Below are positions 10,701 through 22,700 of a stretch of 64,000 nucleotides of DNA, in pieces. Where the stretch lies: NCBI GenBank assembly GCA_035084275.1, contig CM068745.1:82522001-82586000 (forward strand), in the 5' to 3' direction. Every line of letters starts with the position of its first letter. Position 1 is the stretch's first letter. This DNA comes from Hydrolagus colliei (lineage: Eukaryota). Made by a program: the position numbers and the translations under genes. The notes under the pieces are model-generated. The model was given only the letters and a program-made list of their open reading frames with translations. It was not told the DNA's origin and searched no databases.

Positions 10701-13700
10701 TATATGGTTATTTTGTTCAGCTAGGAAGAGATATGCTCTGCTATTGAGGGCGGGTTGATGGAAAAGAATAGGGGAACCACACAATCAATGACTGGCAATG
10801 GGAACAAAGGGCCCATTCTACTCCGTAACATTCCCCCACTGAATCCTGTGGCTTAGTGGTTAGAGCACTTGCCTTACAAGCGTGACACCTGTGTTCGAAT
10901 CCAGACAGATCAGGGCGAAAACTTGGGCAAGTTTCCCTACTCCACACACAACAACAACAACAACAACAAATTACATTTATAAAGCGCCTTTCACGTCGGG
11001 AGGACGTCCCAAGGCGCTGCACAGGAGGCGTGTGACCCGAGCTAAGAGGGGAGTGTTTGGGAAGGGGTGGAACACGAAGGGGAGGTCGAAAAATTCGGGG
11101 TGGAACAAAAGGCACGGTCGAAGAGGAAAGTCTTCAAACCGGCCTTGAAGGAGGAAAGAGAAGAAACGAGATGGAGGGATTGAGGGATGGCATTCCATCG
11201 GGTGGGAGTGGAGAAACTGAAGGCCCGGCCTCCGATGGTGGGGCGGTTCGGGCGGGGGGCTTGGAGCAGGCCAAGTCCTGTTGAACGGAGGGTCCGGGTG
11301 GGCGTGTAGGGAGAGACTAGATCGGTTAAATAGGGCGGGACAAGGCCATGTAAGGCCTTGAAGGTGAGGACGAGGATCTTGAACTCGATCCTCTGGAGAA
11401 TGGGGAGCCAATGGAGACGGGCGAGGGTGGGGGTTATATGGTCGCGGAGGCGGGTGCGGGATATTACACGGGCTGCAGAGTTTTGGATGAACACACATAC
11501 GCCTAATAATAATAATCCATCCAAAAGAAACACACAATAATAAAAATTGGTCATTTTCAATCCACGACTGTTTGTGGGGACGCTGCTGTGTGCAATTGGT
11601 CGCCGCATTTCACCCACAAATATGCAGTCAATTCATTGTACAGTGTATTCACACGCCTCCTGTGCCACGCCTTGGGACGTCCTCCCTACGTGAAAGGCGC
11701 TCTATAAGTGTAATTTGTTGTTGTTGTTGTTATTCTATCAAGTGCCTTGAGACGTCGATAAGATGTGAAAAGCCGCTATATCAAATGCAAGGATTATTAT
11801 TATTATTATTATTACCACAGTACCTACAAAGAAATAGCCTTATTTATGTTAGTTTGTAACACTTACCAAATTTGTCCCTACGCTCTTTAAATTGTTATTA
11901 AACCTACGATTTTAAAATAAAACATTTCTACACAGTTATCTAAGAGCATTCAATCCTAATAATAATTCCTGCATTTGATGTAGTACATTTTCATGTCAGA
12001 GAAGACATCTCAACTAGCTTCACAGTACTTTACTGTAAAGTTACTTACCAATTACATAAAGGTCAAACGTTTGGAGTAGTCGAGCATAGTGGAGCTGAAG
12101 ATAGAATTTGCTACATTTAGTGAGCGGAGGAGTTCAACTTCTATTTCAGGAGATGGGTAGAGAATCAGGTCAACGGCATGTGCATGGTTAGATTATGCCC
12201 CTTCATGCGAAGTCAAGTAAAATCCGAAACTCTAATTCCACACAGACTCAAAACACAACCAATACATGCAGGTACGTGTGCGTACATCGAATAACATCCG
12301 AATAATATTGCCCGCTGCTTGTGGGTCTCACTCCTGTGCAAATTGGCTGCCTTATTCACCTGCACAAATACAGTTACTACACCTTACAGCAAATCCTGAC
12401 AAGTGATTTTGAGACCTCCTCCCAATGTGTGAAGGATGCCACATCAAATGCAAGGATTGTTATTATTTGTAGATCCTGGGGGGGTGGGGTGGGCGGGTCT
12501 CAAAGATTATTTGGTTTTGTTTTGCATCTTGTTCTATTTTTACACGCTAACATTTATTCCCAAATTGCTTTAATTTAGCTGCTCCCAGCTGAAGCGACAG
12601 GCATTGTAGCGATTAGTGTGAAGAGAGAGTACAAAGTCTGAGGAATGGAGGAGGTGACGGAGGATCAAAAGTTAACAACAAAGTGGTGGACAGGGTAATT
12701 GTAGAGAAGAATAGGTTCCATATGTAAACTGAGGCTCTTTTGTTCAAACCTGAAATATTGACCTTCGATCAATGTCAGTATCATGCTAATGTACAGAGTG
12801 AATCACTGCTATTAACCTCTCAACAGTCTCTAACTGCTGGTTTACAGTGGAACTCTCTGGGTTACGCCAAAAGGGTTTGGGGGCGGGGGGAGAGAGAGCG
12901 CATTTCATTTATGCTCCAGGCTTCTCCACACAGGCAAAGTGGGATCAGAGAGAGAGAGTGTTTCAAAAATTATTTGGCCACTTGCCAAGATTGAAGAGAT
13001 CCCATTTAAACTTTCCTGAGAAGAGATTTCAGGAGCCGGACTCACAATTGAGATTCAACCTTTAGATGTTCCTCCCAACCCCCGTGTTTGCTGGACGGTG
13101 TTTTACGACATGCACTATTTATGTTGCAGTGTAGGCACTCTCTCCCTGCAGTTCGGCCATTAGGGTTTTAATTCGACCATGCGTGCGGAAATTTGTTCAC
13201 AAACAGTGGCTACACATTTAAGTGATGACTGTGCTGTACCTTTGTTTGTTTGTTTGATTGCAGTAGGCCTGTGAAAACAACTGCAAAGCAACACTCCCTT
13301 TATGAGGCCAGTACAGTTGTTCAACCCACAACTGGTTGAAACTCATGGCCACCCTTGGCCTCCCCACCCACCCAACAAGCCCTTGTTTGTGTTGCCATTG
13401 GAGCTGCTATGCTCAACCCGAGGCTACTCTTTTACTGCTGTGCGCTCCTCTCACCACAAGCAGCCATCTTGTTCCACGTTCCTTTAACACAAGACGTTTG
13501 GCCCCTGGATCTTTCTGTCCGCCGCTCTCGAAACGGGAATGAGAACTTGGATTTGCAGGCGAGTAAACTCGAGTTCCAGTTTGGGAGTAGAAAGACGCAG
13601 GTGTGAAACCACTAGGAACCTTAGACAACCCCCCCGAAAACCAGCCAGCTGCTGGTAGTTCCTTTCCTTGAGGCAACTAAGAATGTCTGAGTGTGGCCAC

Positions 13701-16700
13701 TGGCCATTACCTGAGCTTACATTACGTGCAACTGTACTTCAGATCAGTGAAACCAGGCACCAACTCAGTTTGTCCTTGGCGTGTGGCAACACTGCACTGT
13801 CGGTAAGTAAATCTGTTCTTTAGTCCCGGCCTTTAAAGACTGTCTTTCTCCCTGAGCCTGTTATTGTAGAACATAGCTTCAGAAAATGCCAAGGGGACAG
13901 CGGATGATGTTCCAATGTGTTTAAATTATGCGGGAGAGAAAAAAAACAGTCTGATTCTTCTTGAACAAAGTTGGAAGTAACATCTGTGCTTTTTTTTTCA
14001 GAAATACTGTCAAATAACAATATGTACCGTGATCTGATTTTACTGTAGGTAAGGAGTTCCAAGCTCTGATTGTAGCCACTCCAGCCAACGTCAATGTTGG
14101 AGGCTCGCTGGAAGTCGTCTGCAGGGTGGAAGCTCAGAACATTCCCAACCGCCACTTCTCTGTCGCCTGGTTCTTAAAGAACAAGGAAATAATTCGCTTG
14201 GGATCCAACGCAGTGCCAGTGTTTCATGGAGAATATGCCAACAGAGACAACCTGGGGAAGGTGAAGGTCAATAAGAAGAGCAGCTCGGAGTACCTTCTCA
14301 AGGTCTATCAGGTTCAAATGGAAGATGGTGGTTCGTACCACTGTCAGGTGGAAGAGAGTGAACAGATGTCGCTGGGAGCGTTTTCTACCAAGATGTCGCA
14401 GGACGTTACTGTGACCGTCGAGCGACCACGTAAGTTAATAAAGCACAAGAAACATGTAGATCTTTCTGCTGATCAGACTGTAGAAAATAGAACATCCTTC
14501 CTCCGCCCCACATCCGGTTCCTCGCCAGCATTGCTTTCTTCCATCTCCACTACATCGCCCGTCTCCGTCAATACATCATGCCAAAAGCTGACGAAACCCT
14601 GGTCCTAAACCTTTGTCACCTTTCGGCTGGACTACTCCGATACCCCTCCTTGCCAGTCTCCCCACCTCCACCATTCACAACATTCATCTCGTCCAAAACC
14701 TCCAGTGCCCGCATACTCACCTGCACCAAACTTTGTACCCCGATTACCCCAGTCCTTGCCAAACTCCACTGGCTCTCTGTCACAGAGCAGATCCTCACTC
14801 TAGTGTTTAAATTCTTCCGCTCCTCGGCACCCCCCACCTCTCTTATCTCCTCTCTCTTCACAACAGTACCTGCTGCCTCTGCTCTACTGGATCTGGGTTC
14901 CTCCTTTTCCCCAAATCCTACGTGCTTTCAGTCACTATGCCCCAAAACTTTGGAACTCCCTCACTCAACCCTTTCACACCTCATCCCCTCCTTTCCCATC
15001 TTCAGTTGAACCTGAAGACCTTGCTCTTCGACCACTCTTAGGGTCATCTTCTTCCTCAAGACAAAAAACCCCAACAATATAAATTCAATCCACGACTGTT
15101 TATGGGACGCTGCTGTGTGCAATTGGCTGCCGCGTTTCGGCCATAAATATACAGTCAATTCACTTTACAGTGTATTCTGTAAAGACATCCAGTAGACACA
15201 ATAAGGCGGTGTATCAAATTGTATTTGTGAATATTTTTTACAGAAGCGAACTTGAATGTGGTTATTAGCAAAAAAAACAACCAGTCTTCGGAAGGCGATG
15301 CTCTGGAGCTCACGTGTGACATCCAGTCAACGACTGGTAATCATGGCCGTCTCTCTGTAACATGGCAGTTCCGAGGGAGCCAGGGTGAAACCAGTAATAT
15401 CATTACCATGGACCAGGATGGCACCCAGGCTACTGTTGAATCGTACCGTGAGCGCGATCTCAGGATGGTGAGGGTGCAATGGAACGCCTACAGTTTGGGG
15501 ATTTATAACCTGATGACATCTGATGGCGGGCAGTACACGTGTAAAGTGGTGGAATCGTTCTCCGAGCCCGAGCAGCTAACTGGAGAGTACGTCAGCAACA
15601 GCGTGATGGTGAACGTCCAACCACTTGGTAAGAATCCTTTTGGGCAGTTTGCCTTGAAGTCCGTCATTGCTGAACTTGACGAAAATCACTGGTGAAGCCC
15701 TTTGCCATCTTTCGACAGGACAGTCACTACAACAACAACAACAAATTACATTTATAGAGCGCCTTTCACGTTGGGAGGATGTCCCAAGGCGCTGCACAGG
15801 AGGCGTGTGACCCGAGCTGGGAGGGGAGTGTTTGGGAAGGGGTGAAACACGAAGGGGGGGTAAAAGAGTTCGGGGTGGAACAGAAGGCACGATCGAAGAG
15901 GAAAGTCTTCAAACCGGCCTTGAAAGAGGAAAGGGAAGAGACGAAACGGAGGGATTGGGGGATGGCATTCCAAAGGGTGGGAGCGGAGAAACTGAAGGCC
16001 CGGCCTCCGATGGTGGGGCGGTTCGGGCGGGGGGCTTGGAGCAGGCCAAATCCTGCTGAACGGAGGGTCTGGGTGGGCATGTAGGGGGAGAGTAGATTGG
16101 TTAGGTAGGATGGGGCAAGGCCGTATAAGGCCTTGTAGGTGAGGACGAGGATCTTAAACTCGATCCTCTGGAGGATGGGGAGCCAGTGGAGACGGGCGAG
16201 GGTGGGGGTTATGTGGTCGCGGAGGCGGGTGCGGGATAGTACACGGGCTGCAGAGTTTTGGATGGCCTGCAGCCTGTGAATGGAGGAACTGGGGAGGCCG
16301 ACGAGGAGAGAATTTCCGTAATCCAGCCGTGAGGTGATGTACGCGTGCACGAGTGTTTCGGCAGCGTGGGGGGTGAGATAATTGCGGAGCCTGGCAATGT
16401 TGCGCAGATGGAAATAGGCGGTGCCGGTCAAGGCGCGGATGTGGGGGAGGAAGGAAAGTTTTTGATCGAACATGATGCCGAGGTTCCTGACTGGCTTTGT
16501 GAGGTGGAGAGTACAGCCTTGGATGTTGAGGCTGGCAGCGCCTGATGTGCGGAGGCGCTGGCTTGAGCCAATCAGGAGGGCCTCGGTCTTACTCACGTTC
16601 AATTGCAAAAAGTTGTCCCTCGTCCACGACTCGATGTCTGACAGACATGCTGTCAGAACATCGATCGTCTGGGGGTTGAGGGATGAGGCAGAAAGGTACA

Positions 16701-19700
16701 GCTGGGTGTCGTCCGCGTAAATGTGGAAATTTACCCCATGTTTGCGGATGACGTCGCCCAGAGGGAGCGTGTAAATGGTGAAAAGGAGGGGGCCGAGGAC
16801 AGAGCCGTGAGGGACGCCGTGGGAAACTGTGCGGGGGTTTGAGGAGAAACCGTTGGAAGAAACAAAATGTAAACGGTGGATCAAATAAGAGTCAAGGACT
16901 GTGCCTTGAAGGTTGAGGTGGGAGGAAAGACGTTGGAGGAGGATGGTGTGATCGACTGTGTCGAACGCAGCAGACAGGTCAAGGAGGACGAGGAGGCAGA
17001 GGGAGCCCTGGTCACAGGCGGTTAGGATGTCATTTGTGACCTTGACCAGGGCAGTTTCTGTGCTATGGATCGGGCGGAAACCTGATTGGAGGGGTTCAAG
17101 AAGTGAGTGAGTTGAAAGGAAAGAGCGGAGCTGGGAGGCAACCACTCTTTCAAGGACCTTGGATAGAAACGAGAGGTTGGAGATGGGTCGATAACTTGAT
17201 GGTTGCGACGCATCAAGGGAAGGTTTCTAGATCAAACGCAAGTGCTCATTATTGTTGGGCTGCTGCGTTTTGCCCACAAATATACAGTCGGCTTTCCCAC
17301 TCTCCTTCCCTCTACCCCAACCTCTCCCCTTGCCACCTTTCCCCCCTGATCCCACTTCCACGACTGTTTGTGGGACACTGATGTGCGCAATTTGGCTGCC
17401 GCGTTTCACCCACAAATATACAGTCAATTCTCCTACTCTCCTTCATCCTGCCCCGACACCTCTCCGCCCCTGCTCTGGTCCCTACCTGACTGTACAGCGC
17501 CTTGGGACGTCCTCTCGATGTGAAAGGCATTTTGATTGATTGATTGATTTGTGCTCGTTCACCTCTATACAATAAATTGCAGTGTTCTAATAAACAGACA
17601 GGTAGGGGCAGAGGCAATAGGTATTTGGATGAGCTTTGAACTTTACCTGGTCCCAGTCCTTCTGGTGCTGAATCTCTGCTCACCAATGGAGTCAAATCTT
17701 TCAAATGGAGATCTGAATCTGACTGGGGTTTTACTAAATTTGGAAAACCAGGAAAGACAAAACCACTGTACATTCCAAGTGGTTGCCTCAAAAGGCAGGT
17801 TGGTTTATTAAAGAACGTGAGCTGAGGTGACTTAGAAATAAATGATAATATTTTGTAATTATACTTTTTTTGGAGGGGGAGTGGGAGGAAGGTGCAGAGA
17901 GAGTTTCCAGCTCCAGCTACTTAATGACTTCTGATTTAAGATGTAATCATTATGTAAATGCAATTTGTAAATGCAATATAGAAATCTAATTTTGCTGTTG
18001 TTGTTGTTGAAATTTGTTGTTGAAATTTGTTGTTGAAATGATAAGAGCCCAGATATGGCTGAAACGCTTTGGATGTGACCACCAATGGACGCCAAGCCAG
18101 AAGGTAGAATTGTTGCTCTCCTGATCCTCAGTGATCCGAGTACCTCACCATTTCATTTATTTCCGTTTGAAACAGATACCAGTTTGAAGGTGACTGCCAT
18201 GTCCAGGACACCGGCAGTGACGTACAATGATACCTTTGAAATCCAGTGCTTGATTCGACCCAAGTATCCGTCCCACGTACACGTATCTGTAATCTGGAAG
18301 TTCCAACCCAGCTCATCCACAGACAGCAACATCCTGGTCAAATTCACCCGTGGCACGGTTATTGAATGGGGCGACCGGGTCGATAACTTCAAGGCAAAGA
18401 CCTCGGTGGTGAAAACAGAGTCCAATAATTTCCGTCTGAGCGTCTCCAGGGCAAGCCAACTGGAAGCCGGCAAGTTCTTGTGTACGGCCGCCTTATCGGT
18501 GAGAAATAAAAGGGGGGAGAACGTCGAGAAAGCCAAGAAAACCTCAAACATCATCCAGGTGAAGGTTACACCTCCAGGTGAGTTACGACATCAAGCGTTG
18601 AGCTATGTTGAGCAGAGGATTGAACATTGGGTCCAGGCCCCAGAGAGTCCACATTAACCCTTGCTTAACACACCTCAGTTTTTTTTAAAAAACACATATA
18701 TATTTATTGATTAAAACATTATATTTCCAATTTTTTTTAAAAAAAAGTAAACAACGCACGCCGAAAAGTAAACCTTCCCATCGCGACAAGTGTGCAACGG
18801 ACCTGTCCTTCCAGCCTCGCAACAAAACCCCTCCAAAAATAAAACGTACACCACTCGCCACACATCAGGTGTTAAGCAAAACAGAAAGCAAACACACAAG
18901 AGAGTAAAATGGAAAAGCTGTGATAAATATGCCGTTAAAAAAGCAAACGAGATGCAATAAAGCACTTAAGGCTCAGCCAGCAGAGCTAGCTTGTCCAATC
19001 AGCAGGGTGTGTAATGACAGTCAATTGGAAGCTTTCCCAGATACAAATGGATCTAAATTAGAAACCTTTACTAAACGCAGCTGCGTGTGGTAGAACCTGC
19101 CTCGCAGTGTAACTATTTACCGGCGCTGACTGTACTTTCTGGTGCAGTGTTGTTTGGAGACGGAGAGAGTAGTTGCTGTGGCTGTCGCCTGACCGCACAG
19201 ACGCTAATATAGAGGGCGAGACCAGTGGTTCTCAACCTATTTCAGTAATGTACCCCGTGTTAATTTTCAACTTTATCGTGTACCCCCCACCCACCCAACC
19301 ACACACGCACACACACACACTGACATATAAACCACCCCCTCATTCCACTTGCATTTTATGATCCAAACTGTTCTCATATAACAAAATAACTAGCTACATC
19401 CACAACCAGGGGAATAACAATGAAATATACAATTTGGAAAGGCTATGAAACGCTAAATGAGAGAGCGAAATACATCAATGTATCGCCACCTGTATCCCCT
19501 AGAAGTTATTTTGTACCCCTGAGATGCATTTACCCCCTGGTTGAGAACCGCTGGCCGAGATAATGCATTGAATGAATGCAGTGGAGCCTGTAGATTGTGC
19601 TGCAAAGTTACTTAGAGGCTGCATTGGAATAGGGTGCAATAGGGCTGCAAACTGCATTGTTACTGGCGCAGTAGTGCTGGAGTTGCAACTCGCACAGGGT

Positions 19701-22700
19701 TGCTCCCCTGATATCGGAGAGCTTACAAGAGTGGAAACAGCAGTTGAGTAACTGCCTTCCCTGCTCGCCTCACGCTTGAATTGAATACAAAATGAAACAC
19801 ATTAGGGGAATTGTGCTGTGACGCTGTCTTTCCTGCCCGCTCTCGCAGAAAGCAAACTACGGGTCAGCAAGGAGACGGCAAACGTGGAGAAAAGAATCAA
19901 CGATATTGCCGAGATCCAATGCAAAATCTCAGCTCAAACGCAGAACGATTCGCGATTCGATGTCACGTGGCTCTTTGGGAAAGCGCAGGACTCGAACGCT
20001 GCCAACGAAACTCTCCTGCAAACCGATCGCAATAATATCATCCGGTTCTACGGTGAGCTGCTCACGGACACCCGGAAGAAGATGAAATTCCAGGCAGAGA
20101 AGACCTCGAATGGGGTGTACAAACTGATCGTGCAGAAAACGGACGTGACTGACAGCGGGAGCTACCAATGCCATGTGGAGGAATGGCTCTCAGATCCCAA
20201 CAACATGTGGTACAAAGTGGGAGAGGATACATCGGGGGTCACAAAACTTCAAGTCCTTAGAGCAGGTAACGAACCTGGTGGGATATTTCATTGAAAAGGT
20301 TCCCCAGTGATGGAACATTTTTTTCGCTCACAAAATATACTGTCAATTCACTTTTTGGCGGTATATTCTGTGAGGCGCTTTGAGACGTCTCAAATACATG
20401 ATAAGATGCCACATCAAATGCAAGGATTATTATTATTATCTCCCTCCCCTTCCCCCTACCCCAACCCTCCCCACCTCACCCCACCTCCCGATGTGAAAGG
20501 CGCTCTATAAGTGCAATTTTGTTGTTGTATTATTATTATGATGCAAAAAATTGGTTGATTCTGGTTTTTTTATATGAGAACCAGCCAAACAGTTGACAAA
20601 GTTCAGCTCCAACACAGGAACCACCCAAAGCAGAAGTGTATTGTGGTATCTTAGTCATGCGGCAGGAAGAGATGGATAAATGGGAAGGAGATTTGCAACG
20701 TATTGGTGATGGGGAAGGGGAAGTTTGTGCAGGAAACAAACACATTATAACAACTAAACAATGGTAATACAGTACTATACTGTATTTATATAGTGCCTTT
20801 CACATCAAGAGGATAAACAATAAGAACTTGCACTTATAGAGCGAGTGGGGTGGTGGGTGGGTGGATCTGGAAAAGGGGGAGAGAGGGGGCAACGTGGAAG
20901 GATCGAGGGAGTGTGTGCTCCAGAGTTTTGGGGGCAAAGTGGCTGAAAATACGACCAAGGAAGCGAGTCAGGGGGAGAACTGTAGCATGCAACAAGATAA
21001 GGCGGTTGCTTGATTGAATCAAACACACAATGATGGTTGTTTTGTGTTGGATAAAACCTGATGGAGTGATTGTGTGACCCGCACATTTAAGGTACACTGG
21101 AAGCAGCCGCACAAAACAGAGAGTAAGCCAGAAGGCAGATGATATTTGGACGGTGAGGAGCGAGACCTTAACTGCTTGTCAGAACCGAGGTTATTAATGG
21201 GTTTAATAACTGACTGTTTGGCCTTAGGAGCTGGAGTTTAACGCTCGACTTTGGTAAATTACCTTGGATAAAAGTCTTACAGTGGAAGCCTAGTTGTTCG
21301 CTTACTCATCCTGAGCAACATTGAGTTTTCTAATAACTTGTTTGCTCAGAGATCCAGGGCCGTGACATTGGATAGGCTCATAACATGGTATCAGCAATGA
21401 AAATCCAAGTGGCTAGATGGATTGGAGCTGTCAGCTTTATATCGCTGAGCAACTCAACGATCATATGCATTCATTTTTTTTCTCTAACGCTGTGCGCGCT
21501 ACTCGTACCATGCTTTTGCAGAAATCGGACACGTCCACCTCCACACACAATTCTTTCTTCTATTAATAGTCCCCAGTGGTGCAGAAATAAGTCTGCGTCT
21601 CTTTACTCTGGTGCTGCAATGAGGCAAAGCTTCGGAATCAAGATGAACATTCATATCTTTAGTGGAGAATCCAGAGCCCAACTCCTTATAGAAATGTTGT
21701 TTCAACTTGTGCTGGATGGCTGCATGGGTCTTCGCTCTAAATTTCACCATTAAATCTATTGGCGATTTCTAACAACAATAACAACAACAACCACAAATGA
21801 CACTTGTATGGTGCCCTTCATGTTGGAAGGATGTCCCAAGGTGCTGGACAATCAGAAGATTTTGGACCTGAGCTGGGCGTTGAGGGTCAGAAAGGGAGGA
21901 GGGCAGTCAGGGTGGGGGTCGGTTGGATGGCCAAAATGGAAGGTCTCCAGACATGACTTGAAGAAGCGATTGCAGGGTAGAGTTCCAGAGTGTGGGGGCC
22001 AGAGATGCCGAATGCCTGACTGCAAATGGTGAGTGCGAAGCAGTCTACCGAGCGGAGGGAGCAGACAGGCTGATGGGGTTCTGAGGTCGGAGAGGTAGTG
22101 GGGGAGCAAGACTGTGGAGGGCCTTGAAGGTAAGAACGAGGGTTTGGTACTCAATTCTTTGAGGAACGGGAAGCCAGTGAAGCTAGGCAAGCACAGAGGT
22201 GATAAGGGGATGGGGGGTGAACGTGACTTGTTTGCACAGTCGAAAAGCAAAACTTTCAGACGGGACTTGAAAAAGGGAGAGAGAGGGGGCAAGGTGGAGG
22301 CATTGAGAGAGAGTATTCCACAGTTTTGTGGCTTAGTGGCTGAAAGCGTAACCTCCAAATGTGGAGGGGAGAATGAGAGGGACGAGAAGCAGGCCAAGCT
22401 ACAGAGTTTGGTCTGGGTAAGTACGCAGACCAAAGAGTTCTGAATGAGCTGGATGTTTTGAATAGTGGAGCTGGTGAGACCGGCGAGGAGAGCCTCTCTG
22501 CTTCTTTGTTAGGGCGAGTCCTTGAATCTAAGCTACAAAGTTACAGGATCCCAGCTACAGTGATAAGCCTCACTCTCTTTCCTTTCTCTCGCTGTCTCAG
22601 GTGTGAAATTACAACTCGGAAAAAATAATAGCACAGTGACGACCACCGAAGATGACGTGGAAATTACCTGTAAAATCAACAGTCAGATACAGAAGCAGTC

